A stretch of 64,000 nucleotides of DNA from the NCBI GenBank assembly GCA_951406725.2, contig OX597838.1, positions 35,092,001-35,156,000 of the forward strand. Direction: 5' to 3'. This document shows positions 25,227 through 37,285 of this stretch, piece after piece; within the stretch, counting starts at the first letter, position 1; every line of letters begins with the position of its first letter. The notes under the pieces were generated by a model that did not search any database, was not told where the DNA came from, and saw only the letters and a program-made list of their open reading frames with translations. The position numbers were made by a program, and so were the translations under genes. The stretch is from Octopus vulgaris. Taxonomy: Eukaryota.

Positions 25227-25467
25227 CGATAGAGTGGTTGTATACTGTCAACTTAACGTGACAGTCCCGTAAGGGAATTATACTACCGCTGTTTAGCCCT
25301 AGGAAGCATCGACGCTTCCTGTCGGCCTTGACACATTTCTTGTGTCCTTATATATTTACGAAGGGGAGACAAACACCCCCAGCAGGCCTAGCTGTTGGGG
25401 GTGTTTGTCTCCCCTCTTCCCTTACGGGACTGTCACGTTATGTTGACAGTATACAACCACTCTATTG
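25227..25467. mobile_element. MITE-like element with ~51-bp TIRs and nested internal hairpins
   Basis: 25227-25277 and 25417-25467 are inverted repeats with 2 mismatches. Inner 24-bp stem at 25362-25385/25392-25415. Confidence 0.8.
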
Positions 25468-25493
25468 TATTTTTATTGTTTATAAAATCTAAT

Positions 25494-25790
25494 GTGGAGG
25501 CGTAATGGCCCAGTGGTTAGGGCAGCGGACTCGCGGTATCGATTCCCAGACCAGGCGTTGTGGGTGTTTATTGAGCGAAAACACCTAAAGCTCCATGAGG
25601 CTCCGACAGGGGGTGGTGGCGATACCTGCTGTACTCTTCCGCCACAACTTTCTCTCACTCTTTCTTCTGTTCGCCTGCTCGCTTAGCCAGCGGGGTGGCG
25701 TCATTTGAAGGCTAAAACAATGCGAAGCGCGTTGTGACCAGCGATGTGTAGCAATATCTGATAGCCAGGTCGGTCACGGTGATCACAGCG
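25494..25790 (+). mobile_element. tRNA-derived SINE with family C head and an alternative tail
   Basis: The head gtggaggcgtaatggcccagtggttagggcagcggactcgcgg is shared with 35032 and 50180. The sequence diverges after ctctcactct. Confidence 0.8.
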
Positions 25791-26000
25791 ATAAAATATA
25801 TGATGGCAATTTGATGAAAATTTAGATAATTTAATAATTACATATATAACATGTATGTGTAAGGCAGTGCCATCTTCGGTCGTGAAGATGGAGACTTTTT
25901 TAAATGCAGCGGACTTCCTATGTTTAACGCAAAATTTCACGTTGGCTCCTGGTTCTTATTTCTTTATTGCCCACAAGGGGCTAAGCATAGAGGGGACAAA

Positions 26001-26400
26001 TAGCGGTGTCATATGAAATTGTCACCCATAATTATGACCCTAGTATCGATCTATTGCATTTCAATCTATTTTAGGGTTAGGAGTGGGGGGAAGGGTATCT
26101 TTTTTCTTCACAAATGTAAATAAACCCAATCTGTTTATTAAACGAGGGACATATTCATACGGCACAGAATGTTTTCACCTCAATAGTGAAAGGATGAAAA
26201 GCAAAGTCGACCTCGGCGTTGATTGGTTGAAATTGCCGAAATGCAAGAAATTAAAGACCAAATATCTTACAAACTATAGAATTTTCTCAAAGCCAAGAGA
26301 AAAAGATGTTTTATAAACACATTCTACCAGAATACGAAGTTTAAAATTTTTTTAGTTAACTAGAAATTGTTAAAAACTGCCGTCCAAACCGAAAAGATCC
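26001..26400. repeat. Unclassified interspersed repeat with internal TTAGGG-like motifs, interleaved with SINE-B fragments
   Basis: ttagggttagg at ~26071; ends aaaagatcc at 26400. SINE-B pieces at 25955-26000 and 26187-26218. Confidence 0.4.
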
Positions 26401-26924
26401 TAAATGCCTAAATCCAGTGCTTTTTGTCACAGTACTCTCTTTCCGTTGACTAAAGTATTAAGAAAAAAAAATAAACGAAAGAAACAGTCTTAATGAGATT
26501 TCTGTGATATCTTAATTCTTTATTCCTGAGAGAGATGAGTAAAAAGAAAAATATAACGAGCTGACAGGATTCGAAATATGAACGTAAATGATGGAGTAAT
26601 ACGTTTCATTTTTGTAGTGTATCTTTTCCAGTCAAATTATCGGTTGAAAAAGAAAAAAAAAATGCCATGTTAGTTAACTTCAAAAGGCGGCAAAATCAAC
26701 CTACGGGTGATAACATATTTGATGTAGAAATCTCCACTCAAAAAAAAAAAAAAAAATTAATTTATCAAAATCTCTCACTGATGAGACTAATCATTTTTCT
26801 GATTGACTAAAGGGAAAAAAGAAAGCAAGGAGCAGGAGACTTCCTTGGAAAGTTAATTAGTTTAATTAAATTAAGGATGGCATTGATGTGTGTGTGTTTA
26901 ACACTATGGAGATAACTCTGGCTA

Positions 26925-27723
26925 TGAAATATTGGTTTCAGATTTTGGTATTAGGTCAGCAAGCGCCGGGGAAGGGGTAAGTCGAGTACATCGATCCCCT
27001 CCAGTTCTCAACTCGTACTCGTTTTATCGATCTCGAAGGAATGAAAGACAAAGTTGACCGCGGCGGAATTTGAACTCAGAACTTTAAATTGGACGAAATG
27101 CCGCTAAGCCTTTTGACCGGCGTGCTAACGATTCTTATCTCTTTACTGCCCACAAGGGGCTACACACAGAGGGGACAAGCAAGGTCAGACAAACGGGTTA
27201 AGTCGATTATATCTACCCCAGTGCGTAACTGGTACTTATTTAATCGACCCCGAAAGGATGAAAAGCAAAGTCGACTTCAGCGGAATTTGAACCCAGAACG
27301 TAATGGCAGACGAAATACCTATTTCTTTACTGCCCACAAGGGGCTACACACAGAGGGGACAAGCAAGGACAGACAAACGGATTAAGTCGATTATATCGAC
27401 CCCAGTGCGTAACTGGTACTTATTTAATCGACCCCGAAAGGATGAAAAGCAAAGTCGACCTCAGCGGAATTTGAACTCAGAACATAGCCGCAGACCAAAT
27501 ACCTATTTCTTTACTACCCACAAGGGGCTTAACACAGAGAGGACAAACAGGGACAGACAAACGGATTAAGTCGATTACATCGACCCCAGTGCGTAACTGG
27601 TACTTATTTAATCGACCCCGTAAGGATGAAAGGCAAAGTTGACCCCAGCGGAATTTGAACTCTGAACGTAACGGCAGACGAAATGCCGCTAAGCATTTCG
27701 CCCGGCATGCTAATGATTCTGCC
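26925..27723 (-). mobile_element. SINE-B cluster: one old copy with an alternative tail (26925-27133) plus a 3-unit tandem array (~184-bp period)
   Basis: ggaatttgaac recurs at ~27066, 27282, 27466 and 27650. Junctions read cagac(g/c)aaatacctatttctttact. Confidence 0.88.
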
Positions 27724-28014
27724 ACATGTCTGACTTTCCGGATATGAAATACTGTCTAACTGATGCCTTAGGTTTAAAACCGGACATTGACAACATTTCT
27801 CGAGAAGCGACCCGCATAAGACATCTCGTCACCAGGCAGACCGCACTACAAAAAATATTCGAGACAATTTTTCTTTAGGTGTGCTATTCAGAATGTCTTG
27901 CGGGTTGCCTTTTTGCTCATAACTGATGTGGGCCGTCAGTAAGGAAATTTATATGTTGTCACTCGACCTGCTCGAACTAGTAGTCAAATTTCCCTCAGCT
28001 CGTACCAGCTGTCT

Positions 28015-28375
28015 TCATAAAAGGAATGACACATTCTTTAGTCCTTTATGCGTGTTAACTGTTAGGTATTTCGAGCATTTATCGTCTGCTCTAACTTGTA
28101 GGTACGCGTCAGAGAGATCCAATTTAGAAAATATCTTTCCACTGTTTAATCTCGTAAAAATATCCTTCGGGGTAGGTAGCGGATAGTGGCACGTTTTAAG
28201 ACATTCGTTCAAACCACTGGAAAAGCCACCGCACATTCTGATCTTATTTATTTTTTTTTTCATATACACAGTTGGTGTTGCCGGTTTAGAATTTCCACAT
28301 TTTGGACAACTCCATTTTTTTCCTAGTCTCTCTAGTTCTTCATTGACACATTGGATAACGCTAGGCCTAGATACA
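28015..28375 (-). mobile_element. Ty3/gypsy LTR-retrotransposon reverse transcriptase fragment
   Basis: KIRMCGGFSSGLNECL...YPLPTPKDIFTRLNSGKIFSKLDLSDAYLQV...LTVNTHKGL are canonical gypsy RT motifs. Confidence 0.85.
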
Positions 28376-28517
28376 TTATGCATGAGAAACAGAGATGAAA
28401 CCTTTACTTTTGATGGTAGATCCTTCTGCATCGAGTTTCGAGGTTGAGCAAGAATAACAATCCCAGAAGGAAAGACAAAATAAACACACTAAAACAATAC
28501 ATGTGCCATCAGGACTA

Positions 28518-28870
28518 GGGTAAAGGGTAAAGACCCTCTTCGGTCATGAATGACCATGGAATTGCAGCTGGAAAGTTACCCTCCGAGGCACAAGTCCGGG
28601 CAAGGTTATTTATGGAAGACCAAGGTTATTTATGGTTGCCCACGAATACCAGCCTCCCCTCTCCATACCACCAATGTTATCCAAAGGAAAGGCAAAAGCC
28701 GATACAGCTTGGCATCAGAGACGATGTTGCAACTCATTTCTACAGCTGAGTGAACTAGAGCAATGGGAAATAAAGTGTCTTGCTCATAAACACAACAAAC
28801 AGCTCGGTCCAGGAATCGAATGCACCATCTCATGATTGTGAGCTTGACGCTCTAACCACTGAGCCATGCA
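28518..28870 (-). mobile_element. tRNA-derived SINE family E (CORE-like centre)
   Basis: Minus strand reads tgcatggctcagtggttagagcg...ttcgattcctggacc...gagcaagacactttatttc...cactcagctgtagaaatgagt, with a tttaccc tail. Confidence 0.75.
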
Positions 28871-29364
28871 TTTTTTCGACTACTGATTGACATGAGTTCA
28901 GTGTCCTTAACTCGGATGACCCTGTAAAGGAACTGTCTGGAACAGGTTGGGTCTTTTGCACTGTTTGGGTGCAACACAATTTCCTTCTTTGTTTCCAAAA
29001 ACTACCGGCGTCAGGAACAAGAAATCAACCTTAAGAAATATGACACTTTATTTAGTTATTTACTTAAAGAAGGTAAATTGGTAACCTCTTGGTGTAGGTA
29101 CAGCAAGACAGGTTAAACATTTGTAAAGAAAAACCTCACAAAACCTCGCAACAGAGCCGGTCAAATCCCAAGCGTCTGGGACAGGAGAATAGGCTGATAA
29201 CACGTTAAACATGTCTTCTCTCTTCAACGAACGCCATAGAATTCTTGTTCCCAGTTTTTAGCGCATGTGCATTAGGGAACTTCTTTAGGCCTTTCCAGAA
29301 GGTTCCAGCCCCGCACAAGCACACTGAAGAATGACGTTACTACAACCCAATAGTTAAGTTTGCA

Positions 29365-29815
29365 CCACTGTGTGGCACTTCGGGCAAGCGTCTTCACCTT
29401 ACAGTCCCGGTTCGATCAGAAATCGTTTTGAGTAGATTTGGTAGACCAGAAACTAGGGTTGGCTTTGTGGAAAGATGTTTGCTTCTCGTCCACGTGGTTC
29501 CGGGTTCAGTCTCACTGCCTGTCACATTGGGTAAGTGTCTGCTTTAGTACCACGCCAGCCAAAGCCTTGTGAGCGGATTTTGTAGATAGAAAATGAAAGA
29601 AGCTAGTCGTGTGTGTCGCCGTCTCTTCGTCTTAACATCGCTTTATAGTTGTAAACGAGTGACACCGTCGTACAAGTGGCGTCCTTCGGTTCCTGACTTC
29701 CGTGAGAACATGTTTGATTATGGGGAAATGTTATCTTACTTGGAAACAGGCAAGGGGTGGCGACAGAAAGCGCATTCAGACGGAGAAAAATGAGCTTCAA
29801 CGAATTCCTTCCGAC
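29365..29815 (+). mobile_element. Decayed SINE-A heads; the second carries the RTE-type tail variant
   Basis: ggttccgggttcagtc...gccttgtgagcggattt is followed by gttgtaaacgagtg...ttacttggaaacagg...tggcgacagaaagcgcattcag. Confidence 0.6.
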
Positions 29816-29851
29816 CCAGATCGGGCTCAGGAGACAAGAAAAATACTCAAA

Positions 29852-30450
29852 CCTATTTCTTTACTACCTACAAGGGGCTAAACACAGAAGGGGACAAACA
29901 AGGACAGACAAAAGGATTAAGTCGATTACATCGACCCCAGTGCGTAACTAGTACTTAATTTATCGACCCCGAAAGGATGAAAGGCAAAGTCGACCTCGGT
30001 GGAATTTGAACTCAGAAGGTAACGGCAGACGAAATACCTATTTCTTACTACCCACAAGGGGCTAAACACAGAGGGGACAAACAAGGACAGACAAAAGGAT
30101 TAAGTCGATTACATCGACCCAGTGCGTAACTGGTACTTAGTTTATCGATCCCGAAAGGATGAAAAGCAAAGTCGACCTCGGCAGAATTTGAACTCAGAAC
30201 GTAACGGCAGACGAAATACCTATTTCTTTACTACCCACAAGGGGCTAAACACAGAGGGGACAAACAAGGACAGACAAACGGATTAAATTGATTACATCGA
30301 CCCTCAGTGCGTAACTGGTACTTAGTTTATCGACCCCGAAAGGGTGAAAGGCAAAGTCGACCTCGGCGGAATTTGAACCCAGAACGTAACGGCAGACGAA
30401 ATACGGCTACGCATTTTTGCCCGGCGTGCTAACGTTTCTGCCAGCTCGCC
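29852..30450 (-). mobile_element. SINE-B tandem array, 3 units (~184 bp), CpGs retained
   Basis: Units recur at ~30001, 30184 and 30368. Only the last unit (5'-most on the minus strand) has the full tRNA head. Confidence 0.9.
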
Positions 30451-30629
30451 ATGAAAAAAAAATATCCAGCAACATTGAGACAATCACGACGATCGATCTG
30501 TGTGTGGGACTTGGCTTGAGAAAAGAAAAAAAAATTCAAAAAAAAAGAAAAAAACTAACGAAAAGCTCTGATATACAACTATGGGAGATAACCGCTTCGT
30601 ATGATACGATGTCAGTGACCTCCCTTGGC

Positions 30630-30675
30630 ATGCCTACGCGCATGCGCATCTGTAGTCACACAGCCATGTTGAATA
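30630..30675 (+). promoter_or_regulatory. Probable Pol II promoter: NRF1-type palindrome plus YY1-like motif
   Basis: GCGCATGCGC at 30638-30647 and GCCATGTT at 30663-30670, in unique CpG-retaining sequence. Confidence 0.55.
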
Positions 30676-30850
30676 ACAGACGCCTTTTGTTTTGGTGATG
30701 TTTTATCGTGGATATCGTTTATTACACTGACTGACACCTAATCGGCTTAATTAACTTCAAACAACACCTGCTTTATTTTTCTCACCTTTGTGATTTTTTT
30801 TCAGTGAAACTTAACACTCGAATATCTCTCTTTGGCTTTTTATTCACCAG
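30660..30850 (+). other. Putative non-coding first exon (5' UTR) of an unidentified gene
   Basis: Strong splice donor CAG|GTAAGG at 30850/30851, ~200 bp downstream of the promoter motifs. It is followed by intron-like microsatellite and SINE sequence. The start coordinate is approximate. Confidence 0.5.
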
Positions 30851-31194
30851 GTAAGGCCGTAATTTTTTGAAGTTTCATTTATTGAATGTATATTTTGGTT
30901 CCAGCGTACCAGTCGTATATACGCGTATACGCACATATCTACGCACGTATGTATAGATATATGCGTATAGATGCGTCCAGGGTACGTGTGTTGATGCATG
31001 TGTGTGTACGTTTGCGTGCATGCATGCGTTTGTGGGTGTGTATGCGTATGGTGATGTCTGTGCGCTTATTTCTGTCGTCGGCTAAAAAAAAAAAAAAAAG
31101 AACAACAACAACAGCCGTGCTTTCGACTCCTTTCACTTTCCGCAAGAGCAGAAGACACTCGGTCTGTACTTATATATGTACACCCACCACCGCG

Positions 31195-31366
31195 TATATA
31201 TATACACACACACACATAAACATACATGCATATATATATATATATTATATATATATATTATATAAATATGTAAATAAATTTATATACACATTTCCATACA
31301 GACATCATTCACACGCGCGCACACGTTATATATATATAAATATATATATGTATGTATGTATATATG

Positions 31367-31400
<34 letters not shown>

Positions 31401-31930
31401 TGTATGTATATATGTATGTATATATATATATATGTATGTATATATGTATATATGTATGTATGTATGTATATATGTATATATGTATGTATGTATGTATATA
31501 TGTATATATATATGTATGTATATGTATATATGTGTATATATGTATATATGTGTATGTATATATGTATATATATATGTATGTATATGTATATATGTGTATG
31601 TATATATGTATATATGTGTATGTATATATGTATATATATATGTATGTATATGTATATATGTGTATATATATGTGTATATATATATATATGTGTATATGTA
31701 TGTATGTATATATATGTGTATATATATATATGTGTATATGTATGTATATGTATATATGTGTATATATATATATGTGTATATATATATGTATGTATATGTA
31801 TATATACATGTATGTATATGTATATATATATGTATGTATATGTATATATATATGTATGTATATGTATATATGTATGTATGTATGCATAAATACATATTTA
31901 CATATATGCATGCATATATGTATATATAAT
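31195..31930. repeat. (TA)n/(TATG)n microsatellite field
   Basis: Directly visible; source of the YIYIYM ORFs. Confidence 0.95.
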
Positions 31931-32095
31931 TGATATGGAGGTTATTAAAATATATCATTGCGGATAAATTATTAGCGATGGAGAAAAAAAATTAAATACA
32001 AACTTTATCTTTTTTTCTTTCGTTTATATTACGTTTTGTTTATTCCGAAATACCCACCTACACGCACCTTTCGTTGTGTGTATGTATGCATGAAT

Positions 32096-32165
<70 letters not shown>

Positions 32166-32431
32166 GCTGAGAAACTCTTCCGAAAAATGCATTATTATCC
32201 CCATATCCAGTTTACATATGTATTTACATAAAAACCTATATATATAAGATACCCTTTTTCCTCCATCGTGTTTATATACATACATACATATAATTGATTG
32301 TTGTGCAACCGCCGTGGATGTTTCACTTGTTTCGAGAATTAAATTCTCTGAAATTTTTCCAGGCTAAATTTCCGATATGTCTTTAGAAAGTAAGAATTCA
32401 AATGTTAAATACGATAGCACAAACGTATGTT

Positions 32432-32468
<37 letters not shown>

Positions 32469-32698
32469 TGTACGTATGTATATGTATCACACGCTCACAC
32501 ACAAGCATATATATATATGTACATACAGTTCCATCTCAAGGCATGTGCACATGAACTTGTTGCCCGAGGACACCACTGGTCAAGAGACCCAGTGCTGGTC
32601 AATGTGTGTTGGGGTTTGCAGTCAATAAATAAATACACGTCTCAGTGCATTGCTATGCTTGGGGGCGCGTAAAGCTGTTAAGACGGCTTATATATACA

Positions 32699-32879
32699 TT
32701 CTTGTTTCAGTCATTTGACTGCAGCCATGCTGGAGCACCAACTCTAGTCGAACAGATCGACCCTGGGATTTATTCTTTGTAAGCCTAGTATTTAGTCTGT
32801 CGGTCTCTTTTTTTGCCGAACCGCTAAGTGACGGGGACGTAAACACACCAACATCGGTTGTCAACACAGACACAGACAG

Positions 32880-32910
<31 letters not shown>

Positions 32911-33062
32911 ACAAATACATGCATATACGACGGGTTTCTTTCAGTTTCCGTCTACCAAATCCACTCACAAGGCTTTGGTCGACCTGGGACTATAGTAGAA
33001 GCCCCTTGCCCAAAGTGCTGTGCAGTGGGATTGAACCATGTGGTTCTTACCACACAGCTACT
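32699..33062 (-). mobile_element. SINE family A, diverged
   Basis: Reverse-complement match to 5019-5435. Confidence 0.85.
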
Positions 33063-33375
33063 CACACACGTACACATTCTCTCTCTCATATATATATATA
33101 TTTAACCATAAGCATTATAAACCTAGTGGAGCCAACTCCACTGTGGGTTGAACCCAGTTTGTTTCTTTCAAAGTGAAAGTACGTGTTAGGAGAAAGAGAG
33201 GGAAGACTAATCAGTTGCCCGTATGTGACTTGTACTTTGTTTATCGACCCTGAATGAATGAAAGGAAAACGAGATACATGGTATTGTTGTGTGAGCTTAT
33301 GAAAGTTGCAGAAAAGAGGTCTTGAAAAAAAAAAATGATTAGGCTCATTATGAGATGCATTTTCACTTTGCACCA

Positions 33376-33560
33376 AAAAGTGGTGCCACAGATGCTGTCC
33401 ACCTTGTGAGACAATTGCAGGAGTCTCTACATTGCATTCTCTGGCCCAGAGAAAGTTTTAACAAGATCCTTTACTCTGTCATCTGGTGGGCTGCTAAGGA
33501 AATAAGAAGTAGATGAATAGCTTGTGTGGGCTGTACCAACGGTGTACTGAGATGCTCTCA
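33376..33560 (+). mobile_element. Decayed RTE reverse transcriptase fragment
   Basis: GATDAVHLVRQLQE...LYIAF...SVIWWA matches the RTE TTDAIF-RQLQEK/IWWAL segment, frameshifted. Confidence 0.6.
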
Positions 33561-33678
33561 GCCAGTTGAGATAAAAAAAAAAAATGGGTTCAATGATGAA
33601 TTTTACAATGCATGAGTTTAAGATTGTCCGTTTGTAGGTACTCCTGTATGCTGGAGGCCCTGTTCTTACAGCAGAATA

Positions 33679-34077
33679 TTACTCTTTTACATGTTTCAGT
33701 CATTTGACTGCGGCCATGCTGGAGCACCGCCTTTAGTCGAGCAAATCGACCCCGGGACTTATTCTTTGTAAGCCCAGTACTTATTCTATCGGTCTCTTTT
33801 GCCGAACTGCTAAGTGACTGGGACGTACACACACCAGCATCGGTTGTCAAGCAATGCTAGGGGTACAGACACACATTCACATACATACATATACAAATAT
33901 ATATACATATATACGACAGGCTTCTTTCGGTTTCTGTCTACCAAATCCACTCACAAGGCATTGGTCGGCCCGGGGCTATAGCAGAAGACACTTGCTCAAG
34001 ATGCCACGCAGTGGGACTGAACCCAGAACCATGTGGCTGGTTAGCAAGCTACTTACCACACAGCCACTCCTGCGCCT
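33679..34077 (-). mobile_element. SINE family A, full length
   Basis: Reverse-complement match to 5019-5435. Confidence 0.9.
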
Positions 34078-34154
34078 AATATGCGGAGGATTTGGGTGTA
34101 AGATTTCAGACATGAAAACAGAGCTTGGAATTAATGAGACTTCAAGTAAATTCC

Positions 34155-34365
34155 GTGGAGGCACGTAATTTAGTGTTGCACTTGCGATCATAAGGTTGTG
34201 GTTCCAGTTTCTGGACCGGTCAATGCGTTGTGTTCTTGAGCAAAACACTTCATTCCACATTGCTCCAGTCCACTCAGCTGTAAATTAGTTCCAATTATAG
34301 CCAGGAAGTTAATCCTATTACGGACTGGTATCTTGTTCAGGAGTGAGTGTTGTAATCTCAGTCAT
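34155..34365 (+). mobile_element. SINE family E, diverged
   Basis: gtggaggcacg...gttgtgttcttgagcaaaacacttcattccacattgctccagtccactcagctg. Confidence 0.7.
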
Positions 34366-34376
34366 CTATATTCTTT

Positions 34377-34750
34377 TATTCTTTTACTTGTTTCAGTCAT
34401 TTGACTGTGGCCATGCTGGAACAGCGCCTTTAATCGAGCAACTCGACCCCGGGACTTATTCTTTTGTAAGCCCAGTACTTATTCTATCTGTCTCTTTTGC
34501 CTAACCGCTAAGTTACGGTGACACAAACATACCAGCATCGGTTGTCAAGCAATGCTAGGGGGACAAACACAGACACACATATATACGACGGGCTTCTTTC
34601 AGTTTCCATCTACTAAATCCACTCACAAGGCTTCGGTCAGCCCGAGGCTATAGTAGAAGACACTTGCCCAAGGTGCCACGCAGTGGGACCGAACCCGGAA
34701 GCATGTGGTTGGTAAACAAGCTACTTACCACACAGCCACTCCTGCGCCTA
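34377..34750 (-). mobile_element. SINE family A
   Basis: Reverse-complement match to 5019-5435. Confidence 0.9.
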
Positions 34751-34859
34751 TGATATGCCATGGAAAGTAGATTAAGTCCTGACTTTATTAGTCATAGGCC
34801 TCATGAAAAAAAAAAAAAAATCAAATTTAGCCAAGACTAATGTTATGCTAAGAAGAAAG

Positions 34860-35630
34860 ATTGAATTCTGTGTCATTAGGGAATGACCCTGCATGGTATG
34901 CAGGAGAGGAGTCGTTAGAATCTCCATACAGTGTTGCCAGTGTAAACAATGAATGCACAAGATTTGTAATGGAATCACCGGCAGGCTAATCATAAGAATA
35001 TCTTTATTTGTGGCATACATACAATGACATTGTGGAGGCGCAATGGCCCAGTGGTTAGGGCAGCGGACTCGCGGTCATAGGATCGCGGTTTCGATTCCCA
35101 GACCGGGCGTTGTGAGTGTTTATTGAGCGAAAACACCTAAAAGCTCCACGAGGTTCCGGCAGGGGATGGTGGTGATCCCTGCTGTACTCTTTCACCACAA
35201 CTTTCTCTCACTCTTACTTCCTGTTTCTGTTGTACCTGTATTTCAAAGGGCCGGCCTTGTCACTCTCTGTGTCACGCTGAATATCCCCGAGAACCACGTT
35301 AAGGGTGCACGTGTCTGTGGAGTGCTCAGCCACTTACACGTTAATTTCATGAGCAGGCTGTTCCGTTGATTCGGATCAACCGGAACCCTTGTCGTCGTAA
35401 CTGACGGAGTGCTTCCATCCACAATGACATTAACCATAAACAACATCCAGGAAATAGATTCTCTCAACTAACCTGATGGCCTCTATAGAAGCAGTAAATA
35501 GTTTTTGTTATTTAGGTGATCTAATTAGTAGCAGGAGTGGGTGCTCTGAAAGCATAATAGACCAGATCAGAATAAAAATGGGCAGGGTAAAGTTCAGGGA
35601 GCTACTACCTTTGCTGGCCACAAAGCATCT
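34860..35630 (+). mobile_element. Decayed RTE ORF fragment interrupted by a SINE-C
   Basis: CCQCKQ*MHKICNGITGRL before the SINE; IEAVNSFCYLGDLISS...CSESII...KFRELLPLLATK after it. Confidence 0.7.
35032..35420 (+). mobile_element. SINE family C, full length, 11-bp TSD
   Basis: TSD acaatgacatt at 35021-35031 and 35421-35431; tRNA-like head; near-identical to 50180-50566. Confidence 0.92.
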
Positions 35631-35703
35631 CTCTCTCTCTCTGTCACCTTCGGGCCCTGTCTCATTTATGCACTCCTCCACCTACCCACCTGTTGGTATT
35701 AAA

Positions 35704-35937
35704 TGGCGAGCTGGCAGAAACGTTAGCACGCCGGGCGAAATGCTTAACCGTATTTCGTCTGCCGTTACGTTGTGAGTTCAAATTCCGCCGAGGTCGACTT
35801 TGCCTTTCATCCTTTCGGGGTCGATAAATTAAGTACCAGTTACGCACTGGGGATGATGTAATCGACTTAATACCTATGTCTGTCCTTGTTTGTCCCCTCT
35901 GTGTTTAGCCCCTTGTGGGTAATAAAAAAATAGGTAT
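35704..35937 (+). mobile_element. SINE family B, monomer
   Basis: Full head ggcgagctggcagaaacgttagcacgccgggcg through to the tail gccccttgtgggtaataaaaaaataggtatt. Confidence 0.9.
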
Positions 35938-36863
35938 TAATTCTTGTAATGTGCTGGTGGGGGTGGGGCATAATGCCGGATGCTTCCCCACCACTCAACC
36001 TGCTCCACTTTCTCATTTCATTATCCTCCTACACTGGCCCATCCCATTTCCCTTGCCTCTTCAATTACTCCTTGCCCCACCCAAATACCTGCCATCTCTG
36101 TTTCAATTTTTTCACAACCACCCTTCCGCAAAAATGAGTATTCTTATCATACTTCAACACTTCTTGACACCTTGCCCTAAAGTCTTCACTCTTCTATTCT
36201 CACTATCAGTTGTAGGGGCCCTAGAAAAAAAATGGGGGTCAGTCTACATTATAAAGTGGTTACTAAATCAAGCAGAGACAATGCAGAGATGACAGTCTTG
36301 TGAAGGGTTATGTGCTGGGGCTAAGAAAAAATGCACCCAGTGCACTCTGTCAGCATGGACTGCAGTTGATCTGAGGTTTCTGTGAGGAGCTTGATGTGAC
36401 CTATGAACTGGAGCTGCATTTCTAGCTCACTGTTGGTTTTGACGACACCTTACCATGCATACGGCATAGATATATATTTGTTGTGTATAGAATGGATTAT
36501 AATTCAAGTTACATCCTCATGAAGCAAATCTGTATATTCTTGCTATCAGTTGTATGCATGTAGATGTTTTATTTTAATTGAAAATCATACATAAAAATTG
36601 TCAAGTACATTATTCAAAGAGTCTGTATGTACTAAACAAATACAGTATCATTTGGTGTTGAGGGGCTAAAGTATGGTCAACAAACAAGTACAACGTGTCT
36701 TGCTTTAGAGGAGATGCATGGCTATCCTGCATTATATAAGGGTGGGTGGAATTTGCTAGAAAGAAAGTAGAGATGGTGGTGGTGGGATGCTTGATTGTCT
36801 CAAGATGCAAGAAAGTATGTATAAACCTCTTCTGTATCTATTTTATAAACTAGGAACACTGCA

Positions 36864-37285
36864 TACTCTTTTACTTGTTTCAGTCATTTGACTGTGGCCA
36901 TGCTGGAGCACTGCCTTTAATCGAGCAACTTGACCCCGGGACTTATTCTTTTGTAAGCCCAGTACTTATTCTATCGATCTCTTTTGCCGAACCGCTAAGT
37001 AACGGGGACATAAACACACAAGCATCGGTTGTCAAGCAATGCTAGGGGGACAAACAGACACACAAACACACATACGCATATATATATATACATATATACG
37101 ACAGGCTTCTTTCAGTTTCCACTCACATGGCTTTGGTCGGCCCGAGGCTATAGTAGAATATGGGTACAGGACACCAAAAAAGCATCGAAAACATTGAGAA
37201 ACGGATACATAAACACATATAGTAGAATAAGTACCAAGGTGCCACGCAGTGGGACTGAACCCGGAGCCATGTGGTTGGTAAACAA
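36864..37285 (-). mobile_element. SINE family A with a ~70-bp internal insertion
   Basis: The match to family A is broken at 37161-37232. Confidence 0.85.

Noticed and set aside
26068-26082. Interstitial telomere (TTAGGG)
   Set aside because: Under two units, embedded in an interspersed repeat. Similar short runs at ~4496 and ~10680 are too short to be meaningful.
26778-26815. Hammerhead ribozyme core (ctgatgag followed by a short stem)
   Set aside because: No GAAA after stem II and no stems I/III.
30886-31958. 347-aa and overlapping ORFs, and similar ORFs at 9.4-10, 11.3-12, 56-57.5 and 62.6-63.5 kb
   Set aside because: These are (TA)/(TG)/(TATG) microsatellite translations lacking stops by composition.
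35032-35110. tRNA gene candidates (also the heads of SINE families A, B and E)
   Set aside because: A/B boxes are present, but there is no clean cloverleaf or acceptor stem. Each head continues into a shared SINE body, and some copies have TSDs.
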